From NCBI RefSeq assembly GCF_000981785.2, contig NZ_CP011304.1, positions 2,760,001 through 2,792,000 on the forward strand: a stretch of DNA of 32,000 bases, read 5' to 3'. How positions within the stretch are numbered: position 1 is the stretch's first letter; every line of letters begins with the position of its first letter. Of this stretch, positions 1-11,487 are shown in pieces. The notes beneath the pieces were generated by a model. That model saw nothing but the letters and a program-made list of their open reading frames with translations. It was not told the DNA's origin and did not search any database. The stretch comes from Microcystis aeruginosa NIES-2549 (GTDB lineage: Bacteria; Cyanobacteriota; Cyanobacteriia; Cyanobacteriales; Microcystaceae). The position numbers and the translations under genes are program-made.

Positions 1-2
1 CT

Positions 3-203
3 CTAAGAGGTTTGGTAATTCCAGCATATATTCTGATTAATCGAGCTAATGCCGCCGCGGATCGCTATTCTTCTAGTTTAATCTATGCCGTAGAGGTCAA
101 TGATGATAATTTAGTCACGATTACTGTCACCAAAGTTCCGGGGAGTACCCCCGGTTATACCACCTTTAACATCAATCAACAGGGTGCTATTTATATTTAC
201 TAG
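3..203 (+). CDS. hypothetical protein, 3' fragment (gene starts upstream of the window)
   Basis: The frame is open from the window edge to the TAG at 201-203. I can name no motif. Confidence 0.3.
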   Translation, partial: LRGLVIPAYILINRANAAADRYSSSLIYAVEVNDDNLVTITVTKVPGSTPGYTTFNINQQGAIYIY

Positions 204-395
204 CTCTAGCTTAGGGCGATCAGACTACAATTATATGATCGCGATCGAGATTTATTTGAGATCGATCGACAATTGTAACGTTTTAGTCAATTAACGGTAA
301 TTTCCGCCCCACGGAGGTTAAGTTAATAGGGGTCTAACTCCCAAATTAGCCTACAAAAGATTAAAAAATCTCCTACAAACCTGGCGAGGACAAGC

Positions 396-668
396 ATGAA
401 TACAATCACTAATTTTTTAGCTAGTGCTATTGTCGGTGGTTGGATTATGACTATGGCAGTTTTTGCCATCCAAAATATCCAACCAGTTTCTTTAAAGTTT
501 CTACAATTTGAGTCAATTAAACTACCCATCGGCATTTTATTGGCTTTTTCTTTGGCAATGGGATTTTTTATCGCCGCAGTTATTCCCGCTTTTTTGCGAA
601 AGTCGAAAAAATCTCCTCGCAGTCGCTTTTCTCCCCCAGAATCGGGGTTAGACGAGTTTGATTTTTAA
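396..668 (+). CDS. small inner-membrane protein, LapA/DUF1049-like
   Basis: ATG start, 90 aa. Two hydrophobic helices (AIVGGWIMTMAVFAI; LPIGILLAFSLAMGFFIAAVIPAF) are followed by a basic tail (LRKSKKSPRSR), the layout of LapA-domain proteins. Confidence 0.5.
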   Translation: MNTITNFLASAIVGGWIMTMAVFAIQNIQPVSLKFLQFESIKLPIGILLAFSLAMGFFIAAVIPAFLRKSKKSPRSRFSPPESGLDEFDF

Positions 669-765
669 ATAGGACTGTCTGAATAATAGCAAATCCGTTT
701 TTAATAGTCTGGTTAACTCCCAAGCGAACTTTAAAAACCCACTTCCCACTTCCCACAGCCTAGGA

Positions 766-2709
766 TTATAAAGGGAAGATTTGAGCGAAATTTTGAGAAA
801 TAGTTTTAGCTTTCAATTCACTGACGAAATTTTTACGAGGAGCTGCCGTCGCTCCGAATACAGTAACTATTTGGTAATCTCCTAAATCAGCAATCCACAC
901 AGGAGAAGGTTTAGCTCCACCACTGACTTTACCACAGAGATTACCATCATATTCTCTTTGACCATTTTTACTGGTAATTTTCAAAGTATCACTGTGAAGA
1001 ATCGCTAAAGCATGGGGTTTACCTCTTTGTTCATTTCCTGCACAGACAAAAATTTGACAGTTACTATCGGCTGCATCAATCCATTGATTTTGTGAAACTT
1101 GATCTACTGTTCTGAGATTATTAGTATTGATATTGGTTTCACTAATGTTATCCAAAATACCATAAAAATCTCGCAATCTTTGCTGAAATTGTTGTTTAAA
1201 ACCCTGCAGATCATTGGGAATTGCCCAAAAATCTTCTTCACTGTCAATATACAATGTCGAACCACGAAACCAGGGGGCGTGTTCACGACTTTTGCGAGAA
1301 TAACTAGGTCGTCTTGCACCTTGACCAATACCACCCATATCAGCTAAAAACCAAGTCAAATGTTTAGCTAATTTTTTGACAGCTTCTTCTTTATCTTTTG
1401 GGGTTTCAGAAGATAAAGATAAAACTAAAGTTCCCTGTTGTTCACCACAGGGATCATTTTTACCCTGAGCATTGGTTCGAGGTTCTTTTTGGCTAACTTT
1501 ACCATCAAGAATATTCACTTGTAGATAACCGTATTTTTTAGGATTAATACCGCCAAATAATTCAGTTTCAATGTTTTGAACTTCGTTAATAGGTAAAACT
1601 CCAGATGCCAAAACACGAAACCAGTATCGCAGCATCGATTTAAAGGCTGTCGGACGAACTTCTGCGACGGGTGCGCTCCGCATTTGCCATTCATTGCGTC
1701 GCTCATTCCATTGCCATTGGGTGAATCGTTGATAACCATGAATTAATTGACCTTCTAGCTCGAAATCCAAGCGATAAAACCCCGAATCATGGCTATTTTT
1801 ATTATTATCAGGATGACTCGTATCATCAATTTGCTTTAATTGACCGTAACCACTATTTACTTGTGAACCTATGCCAAGCTGTAAACCTTTTTTAAGCCAT
1901 TGTTTTACCTGTTCCAGTATCTTTTCATCACCACAGTTACTAGCTAGACGTAAACCAATTAAAAAAGTTGGTTCTTTGAGAGACAAAAAAGGATTAGGGT
2001 TAGGAGAATATTGCGTAGAGTCATCTTTCCATGACCAAATATTATTAGCCATGTCCACTTCTAATCCACCATTTTTAGTCGGTAAAGGATAGGCATCAAA
2101 AAAGATAACTTTACCCGTTTTATTTTTTTTCTCTTTGGCGTTTATATCACCAAAATAGAGAGTGGTTTTTTCCACAGCTTCTTTCCATTCCAGATTATTT
2201 TCCGCCATGATTTCTCGGATGGCTTGGTTTCTGGCAACACCGCGCAAGGTACTAGATGGAATATAGGGCATTCCGAGGGCATCAAAAGCAGGTAAAAGAA
2301 TACTTTCCGGTCCACGATGACCACTGACACGAATACGCCAAGTGGATTTGACTTGAAAAGTGATTCCGTCTTTCGCTAACAGTTGGGTACGTTGATTGAG
2401 TTGGTCAAGACGCTGAGTATAGTTAGCATTTTCTTGGGCTGTTTGCAGAATTTGGACTTTGGTAGCGTCTTTGTAATCATGGTCAGCAGCACGCATCCAA
2501 CGGAGATATTCGACAAAACTGGCTGATTGGTCAGGTTGAGGTTCCTTTTCGGCGTTTAACCAGGGTGAGGGTTGAGGAGGATTATTATTGCCGCCGCCAC
2601 CACTGGGAGGCTTTTTGGGGGGTTGGTGGTTATTTTGCTGCTGTATAGCCGGATTTTTTAGGATGGGTTTTTGGGGGCGATTAGGGCGTGGTAAGGGGCT
2701 ATGGGACAT
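766..2709 (-). CDS. cmr6: type III-B RAMP fusion: Cmr6-like domain followed by Cmr1-like domain, with a low-complexity N-terminal tail
   Basis: Residues ~110-305 carry Cmr6 hallmarks (WRIRVSGHRG, LLPAFDALGMPYIPSSTLRGVAR, G-rich loop LGIGSQVNSGYGQL). Residues ~320-647 look Cmr1-like (VRPTAFKSMLRYWFRVLASG...ELFGG; MGGIGQGARRPSY). It is the last gene of the cas10-cmr3-cmr4-cmr5 string. Confidence 0.7.
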   Translation of the reverse strand: MSHSPLPRPNRPQKPILKNPAIQQQNNHQPPKKPPSGGGGNNNPPQPSPWLNAEKEPQPDQSASFVEYLRWMRAADHDYKDATKVQILQTAQENANYTQRLDQLNQRTQLLAKDGITFQVKSTWRIRVSGHRGPESILLPAFDALGMPYIPSSTLRGVARNQAIREIMAENNLEWKEAVEKTTLYFGDINAKEKKNKTGKVIFFDAYPLPTKNGGLEVDMANNIWSWKDDSTQYSPNPNPFLSLKEPTFLIGLRLASNCGDEKILEQVKQWLKKGLQLGIGSQVNSGYGQLKQIDDTSHPDNNKNSHDSGFYRLDFELEGQLIHGYQRFTQWQWNERRNEWQMRSAPVAEVRPTAFKSMLRYWFRVLASGVLPINEVQNIETELFGGINPKKYGYLQVNILDGKVSQKEPRTNAQGKNDPCGEQQGTLVLSLSSETPKDKEEAVKKLAKHLTWFLADMGGIGQGARRPSYSRKSREHAPWFRGSTLYIDSEEDFWAIPNDLQGFKQQFQQRLRDFYGILDNISETNINTNNLRTVDQVSQNQWIDAADSNCQIFVCAGNEQRGKPHALAILHSDTLKITSKNGQREYDGNLCGKVSGGAKPSPVWIADLGDYQIVTVFGATAAPRKNFVSELKAKTISQNFAQIFPL

Positions 2710-2772
2710 AATGATTATAATTTCCTTTCTGGTTCAATGAATGATAAAAACTGTGGTGACAATTTACCTGAG

Positions 2773-3162
2773 CTAGTCGCCACTTTCCACATCGGAATAG
2801 ATGGCGTTAGCCCAGAAGCTAAATTCTTGGGCGATTTCCAAGCCTAAACCCGTTAGACCCAGATAATCATCGGTAGATAAATCTTTAAGAGTAGTTAATC
2901 CTTGAGAATTAGAAAGATGATTTCTTTGAGATAACTCTTCTAGGCATTGAAAATACTTGGCAACTACCTCTTTTTTTCCTTCTTGATTTAGGGCAGTTTC
3001 CTCGGCTTTTAGGCGCATCATTCCCCAAGTAGAAAGATAGGTATAAAGTTCAAGAGCTTGTTTTTTTTGTTCTTTGCGGCGACTATCATCACCAGTATTT
3101 AAGTACAATTCTTGTAAGGCATTGAACACGGGCTTGCTAATCGTTCTGGGGTCGAATGTCAT
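2773..3162 (-). CDS. cmr5: Cmr5-like small subunit (Cas11 family)
   Basis: The call rests mainly on position between cmr4 and cmr6. The product is small and predicted all-helical. I prefer the ATG at 3162 (MTFDPRT..., 129 aa) over the TTG at 3204 used by the ORF track. I recognise no strong sequence motif. Confidence 0.5.
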   Translation of the reverse strand: MTFDPRTISKPVFNALQELYLNTGDDSRRKEQKKQALELYTYLSTWGMMRLKAEETALNQEGKKEVVAKYFQCLEELSQRNHLSNSQGLTTLKDLSTDDYLGLTGLGLEIAQEFSFWANAIYSDVESGD

Positions 3163-3182
3163 GGTTATTTTGGCTCCAAACG

Positions 3183-3485
3183 TTAAAAAATATTCCCTGA
3201 CCAAAGGGCATCAAGAGAGATGGCAATATCGGTAAATGTCGGGTTCAGGTTCCGAGTTTTATAGGGTAATTAGACAGCTTCTCTTATCTGTGCTTTCCCC
3301 TCGAAACGCTGACGGATAAAGTTGGACAACTCCTTGCCACTATCTCTGTGTAAAGGGAATTATGGACTCATTTCGAGAATATTAACCTTCGGTAATTCTA
3401 CACGCCGATCGATTAAAATTACCCCGGCAATCATGCGGTGATAATCGACCACTGACTATTGAGCGATGGTGAGATTATCGGTCAT
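3183..3485 (-). pseudogene. Uma2 (DUF820) family endonuclease pseudogene, N-terminal ~100 codons with three in-frame stops
   Basis: One frame reads MTDNLTIAQ*SVVDYHRMIAGVILIDRRVELPKVNILEMSP*FPLHRDSGKELSNFIRQRFEGKAQIREAV*LPYKTRNLNPTFTDIAISLD. This follows the Uma2 N-terminal pattern (..YHRM..AGIL..DDRVELI.G.I.EMSP.G..H...V..L.......G.A.V..Q.PI......EPEPDIA). A GAGG lies 6 nt upstream of the ATG at 3485. The rest of the ~190 aa family length is missing. Confidence 0.55.
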
Positions 3486-3494
3486 AAATTACCT

Positions 3495-4274
3495 CTACAA
3501 TTGTTGAACAAAACCGCGTCCTAAACTTTCCTGTCCACCTATTTGAATAATTTCATTATCTGCTAATAACCGTTTAAAATCAGCTTGTGATTGTTGTCCA
3601 GTTCCATTAGCTTGAGAGGTAATACCCCAAGGAAAATACATTAAGGTATCGGGGGGAATAGCTTCTTCATAACGAAATCCACCATCGACGGATTTATGCT
3701 CATCTAATTTAATTTTAACTTGTCTCCATAAACTCATTTGAATGAGAGTCGTGCAATGCTGATCGGGTAATACTAAGACTTTATTAATGCCACTGCTAAC
3801 AGAGTTTTGGGGAATAAAACTTGTCCAAGTTGACCAGTCTTTTAGATCATTATCCTTGAGAATGGCATCCTTGAGATAGATGTTCGTGTTGGGCTTTGTA
3901 AAACTACAGCTATATTCGGGGGGAATTGTCAGACGAGTATTAGTTAATCTTGTCCAACGACGGAGAAGTAAAGGAGAAGTGATCCAGACGACACCGTGAC
4001 TTAGAGAAGAGACGGGCAACCAGAGAATCGAGCCATCTCCTATCCAGATGTCTCCCTGTACCAAGTTTTCTGCACCTTGATCGATTTCATTACCGAATAA
4101 CTTAAATTTTAGGGTTTCTTCGGTAGCTAAAGAACGGATTTTCCCGCGAATTGTACTGGAGGGAATATAGGGTAAAGTGGTATGGGATTCACGAGCAATA
4201 CCGACTAGATTCCCCTCTTGAGTGGTTCCTCCGGTGTGTAGGGGAGAAAGTAGGTAAAAGTGAATTAAGTTCAT
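3495..4274 (-). CDS. cmr4: type III-B backbone RAMP Cmr4
   Basis: Collinear with my recollection of P. furiosus Cmr4: SPLHTGG..., RESHTTLPYIPSSTIRGKIRS, GDGSILWLPVSSLSHGVVWITSPLLLRRW, FRYEEAIPPDTLMY, IQIGGQESLGRGFV. Confidence 0.85.
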   Translation of the reverse strand: MNLIHFYLLSPLHTGGTTQEGNLVGIARESHTTLPYIPSSTIRGKIRSLATEETLKFKLFGNEIDQGAENLVQGDIWIGDGSILWLPVSSLSHGVVWITSPLLLRRWTRLTNTRLTIPPEYSCSFTKPNTNIYLKDAILKDNDLKDWSTWTSFIPQNSVSSGINKVLVLPDQHCTTLIQMSLWRQVKIKLDEHKSVDGGFRYEEAIPPDTLMYFPWGITSQANGTGQQSQADFKRLLADNEIIQIGGQESLGRGFVQQL

Positions 4275-4428
4275 GATTAATTAACCTGAGTTCAGCATAA
4301 GGAAAAGGACAGGTAGTAAGCTGAAAGTAACCTAAAATTCCGATAACCTGTCCTATATTTAGTCTAGATGCTTTATTTTATCTTGTAGATGATTTCTGTC
4401 ACCAGTTTGAAGGGCATTGGCCGCAGAA

Positions 4429-4580
4429 GTTAAGTAAGTAGTTATAATTAAATTGAAGATAGATTTTGCCTCTGATCCCCCCTGCCCCCATTATTAAGGG
4501 GGGTGCCGATAGGCGGGGGGATCCCCCCTGCCCCCCTTATTAAGGGGGGTGTCTGACAACTTTTAACACCTACCTACTTA
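4429..4580. mobile_element. MITE-like element (family A, short copy) containing two G/C hairpin units
   Basis: The ends are GTTAAGTAAGTAG (4429-4441) and CACCTACCTACTTA (4567-4580). The same ends occur in reverse order at 18407-18420 and 18838-18849. The internal GTTATAATTAAATTGAAGAT matches the reverse complement at ~18694-18714. Two copies of GATCCCCCCTGCCCCC(A/C)TTATTAAGGGGGGTG lie inside. Confidence 0.5.
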
Positions 4581-4637
4581 TTGCATCATGGAGTAATCAA
4601 ACGAGTAAGGGCAAAAAGTCTCTGTTTAAGTGAGATC

Positions 4638-8823
<4,186 letters not shown>

Positions 8824-9288
8824 AAACGCCTCAACTTTTTGCTGACTGATCTTCTTTATACAATCAATATGCCCAGGAAGCCGCCAGAGATAACAAGATG
8901 TTAAAAAGATTTTTGGTAAAATGCTTCAAAAGCTTATTCTGTCTGAGTTTCTGTTGCCATAGATTTTTTTCTATGATTATTGTCTTTGGATAGTTTTCAG
9001 TGTATGAGCTAAGACGCATCTTAACTTCCTATCCTTAGATTAGCTGAATCTCCCCTAATCCCTTTACTTTTGCTTCTTGCCCCTTGGCCCTTGCCTCATC
9101 TCAATAAGCAATTTAAATGCGCGGGCAGCTGACAAACTCGTTATCCGGTAGAATCCCTCGATGTACCACAGGCTGGAGATTTTGGCGGTTTATATGGCTG
9201 ATTTACGACCATATATAGCTATAATTAGCTTATCGGCCGCAACTGGCTTCTGAACTTCAATCCTGTTCGGACGTTTGCTGACCGACTC
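8824..9288 (+). promoter_or_regulatory. divergent cas10 / CRISPR-array intergenic region (putative leader and promoters)
   Basis: An AT-rich non-coding stretch lies between the cas10 start and the first repeat. Array orientation is inferred from the repeat 3' end ...TGGAAAC. No promoter boxes were assigned with confidence. Confidence 0.35.
9007..9118 (+). repeat. dispersed repeat / MITE (family B), copy 1, inside the CRISPR leader region
   Basis: AGCTAAGAC...GCTGAATCTCCCCTAATCCCTTTACTTTTGCTTCTTGCC...CAATAAGCAATTTAAAT is collinear with the reverse complement of 29448-29580. Confidence 0.5.
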
Positions 9289-9686
9289 TCTCTACTCAGT
9301 AGAGAAATTAATTGAATGGAAACCAGTGTTGTTCGATCGGCTTAAATTCGTTGATAATTTTCTCTACTCAGTAGGCAAATTAATTGAATGGAAACTTGAC
9401 AAGATATTTATAGGGATGTTAAATTAACATCATCTCTATACTCACTGAAGAAATTAATTGACTGGAAACAAAAGGGTTCTCCCTCTTTCAAGTTTTCAAC
9501 TGCCTGACTCTCTACTCAGTGGAGAAATTAATTGACTGGAAACAAAAGGGTTCTCCCTCTTTCAAGTTTTCAACTGCCTGACTCTCTACTCGCGCTTAGA
9601 AATTAATTGACTGGAAACATTTGTAGGGTTAATTCATGAATTAACCCTACTCTCCACTCGCGCTTAGAAATTAATTGACTGGAAAC
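9289..9686 (+). CRISPR. CRISPR array, 6 degenerate 35-36 nt repeats and 5 spacers
   Basis: Repeats lie at 9289-9323, 9361-9395, 9435-9469, 9509-9543, 9583-9618 and 9651-9686. The shared core is TCTCTACTC-N7/8-GAAATTAATTGA(A/C)TGGAAAC. Spacers are 37, 39, 39, 39 and 32 nt. The array is adjacent to, and divergent from, the Cmr operon. Confidence 0.8.
9623..9650. repeat. 28-nt perfect palindrome GTAGGGTTAATTCATGAATTAACCCTAC occupying the last spacer slot
   Basis: It is its own reverse complement. A second copy with two complementary substitutions lies at 18453-18480. Confidence 0.85.
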
Positions 9687-9721
9687 CCCCGCGTAGGCGG
9701 GAATACCTGTGCTACAATAGC

Positions 9722-10339
9722 TTACCCCTGGAGTTTACGCGATAATGCACCCAATGAACCCACCGCTAACAGTCCTAAAATGGTACTAGGTTCGGGAGTG
9801 GTAGTCGGATTACTAGCTGGAGTCACTTTGAGTTCAGACCATTGAATAAGATCATTAATATCACCCGTGCCAAAAATTACGGAAAAGGAAACAGTTTGTC
9901 CCGCAGCAACGGTAAATTGATTATTAAAATTTCTTGATCCGGTTGAAAAAGGCGAGGTTTCTACCGAACTTGAACTTCCATTGCTTAGGGTAAAGCTTTC
10001 ATCACCTTCTAGACCTTCAATAAAACCAATATTATAAGAGGTGAGTTGAACTGCACTAGAAAAGGTCAGGTTAAAGCTGGTAGTTACCTGTCCGGGAGAA
10101 CTAGGACCACCTAATACAGCAACACCATCACCATCCGCAAAAAAAGAACCTCGTGGCTGGTTATTGGATATGGTCAAGGTAATGCCATCAACTGTTTTAG
10201 TGATAGAGGATAAAGCGTTATCACCTCCATTAAAGGTAAAAACGGCAGCCTGAGCAGAGTTATTGATGGTCAAGGCGAGAGGGACAAGAGTTACACCGAG
10301 TCCAAAGGTGGCCAATTTGGCAATATTCAAGATATTCAT
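9722..10339 (-). CDS. PEP-CTERM sorting-domain secreted protein
   Basis: An N-terminal signal peptide (MNILNIAKLATFGLGVTLVPLALT) and a C-terminal PEPSTILGLLAVGSLGALSRK (PEP motif, TM helix, basic tail). Confidence 0.8.
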   Translation of the reverse strand: MNILNIAKLATFGLGVTLVPLALTINNSAQAAVFTFNGGDNALSSITKTVDGITLTISNNQPRGSFFADGDGVAVLGGPSSPGQVTTSFNLTFSSAVQLTSYNIGFIEGLEGDESFTLSNGSSSSVETSPFSTGSRNFNNQFTVAAGQTVSFSVIFGTGDINDLIQWSELKVTPASNPTTTPEPSTILGLLAVGSLGALSRKLQG

Positions 10340-10755
10340 GGTTTTATGGACAATTAAATAGATAAATGTGGGAATATTCTACCCACCACCGCATTTTGTC
10401 AAGATATCTTTTTTTTTGACTTAAATACCCGACTTTTATCGTAATTATCCACTTAAGTAGGTAGGCACAATTATTTGTAGGATGGGTTAGCGGTAGCGTA
10501 ACCCATGCGGGAGTTGGGTTTCATGCTTCAGCCCAACCTACGTTCATTTTATATTTAATTCCACCCACCTACTTATTTCATAGCTTGCCTTTTATATAGA
10601 ATATCCTGAGTCGTTCAACCATCCGTAGGGGCAATCCCCTTGTGGTTGCCCCGAAAAGATTATGATATAAGTAAGGCAATTTCTCAGCATGGATGAGGAC
10701 AATAGCAGATGGCAAGTTTTACCAAATCAGATACTATTGTTTTAAGGTTAAGAAC

Positions 10756-10920
10756 CAGAAGTGTTGAATGTTAAGATTTTGAAGATCATGACCAAGTTAT
10801 GTATTCGCTCTGATGATACCAAAAAGGACTGCTTATTGACTCTATTCTCAATATTGAATCTAATTTAGCACTGTAAAATACTGGTTTTGTGAAGTTTTAT
10901 TGCAGGATTCAACACTTCTG
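10756..10920. mobile_element. MITE-like element with perfect 14-bp terminal inverted repeats
   Basis: CAGAAGTGTTGAAT (10756-10769) pairs with ATTCAACACTTCTG (10907-10920). The interior is AT-rich and non-coding. Confidence 0.45.
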
Positions 10921-11005
10921 ACCGATAATCTATCTCAAGGTCGCGAGAGGACTCCCGTTAAACTCCGTAGCGGTTAACGGGAGATGAATCACGACCAGAA
11001 TAAAA

Positions 11006-11374
11006 CTAACGCGGTAGCGTTTCCACTTTCGGGGAGTTTTGGTTCTCGACGTATTTTTTTAGTTGTTCGATGGTAATGTCGCCACAACTGGCCACGAAAT
11101 AAGCTCCCGTCCAAAAATAAGGTTTATTGTAGAAATACTTTGCAGCCAAATCCGGAAATTCTTTTCTAATTAAGCGACTACTAACTGTTTTAAGGTTAGC
11201 GATTAATTTGGATAAAGCGATGTCAGGTTTGTAATCGATAATCCGGTGAACGTGATCCGATTCACCGTTGAAATCAAGTAAAGTGCTTTCCCATTTTGTC
11301 AGCGTTGACACAAAGATTTCTTTCAGTCGGACTAAGATTTCATTATTAATAGCTTTTCGTCGGTATTTGATCAC
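11006..11374 (-). CDS. tnpA: IS200/IS605 Y1 (HUH) transposase TnpA
   Basis: HUH motif SDHVHRII and the catalytic-Tyr region PYFWTGAYFVASCG are present. The homologous frame stays open upstream to 11452 (..YNHRFCSVYKLTAPVVFV) but contains no ATG, GTG or TTG. The GTG at 11374 is the first canonical start. Confidence 0.85.
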   Translation of the reverse strand: MIKYRRKAINNEILVRLKEIFVSTLTKWESTLLDFNGESDHVHRIIDYKPDIALSKLIANLKTVSSRLIRKEFPDLAAKYFYNKPYFWTGAYFVASCGDITIEQLKKYVENQNSPKVETLPR

Positions 11375-11487
11375 GAATACGACAGGAGCGGTAAGTTTAT
11401 AAACAGAACAAAATCTATGATTGTAATCAGTTGAAATATTGGGCGGTAAGTGTTATGATTTAACTATACATCACGAAACTAACAACA

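Noticed and set aside
4474-4545. Two GATCCCCCCTGCCCCC.TTATTAAGGGGGGTG units as a second, tiny CRISPR-like array.
   Set aside because: There are only two units, with an 11-nt gap, they are self-complementary G/C hairpins, and they lie inside a MITE whose relatives occur elsewhere in the window. This is a dispersed hairpin repeat, not CRISPR.
9470-9582. The duplicated spacer as a trivial assembly or tandem-duplication artefact.
   Set aside because: I cannot fully exclude it. However, the repeats following the two copies differ in sequence and length (35 vs 36 nt), which a collapsed or duplicated read would not produce. It is kept as a finding with that caveat.
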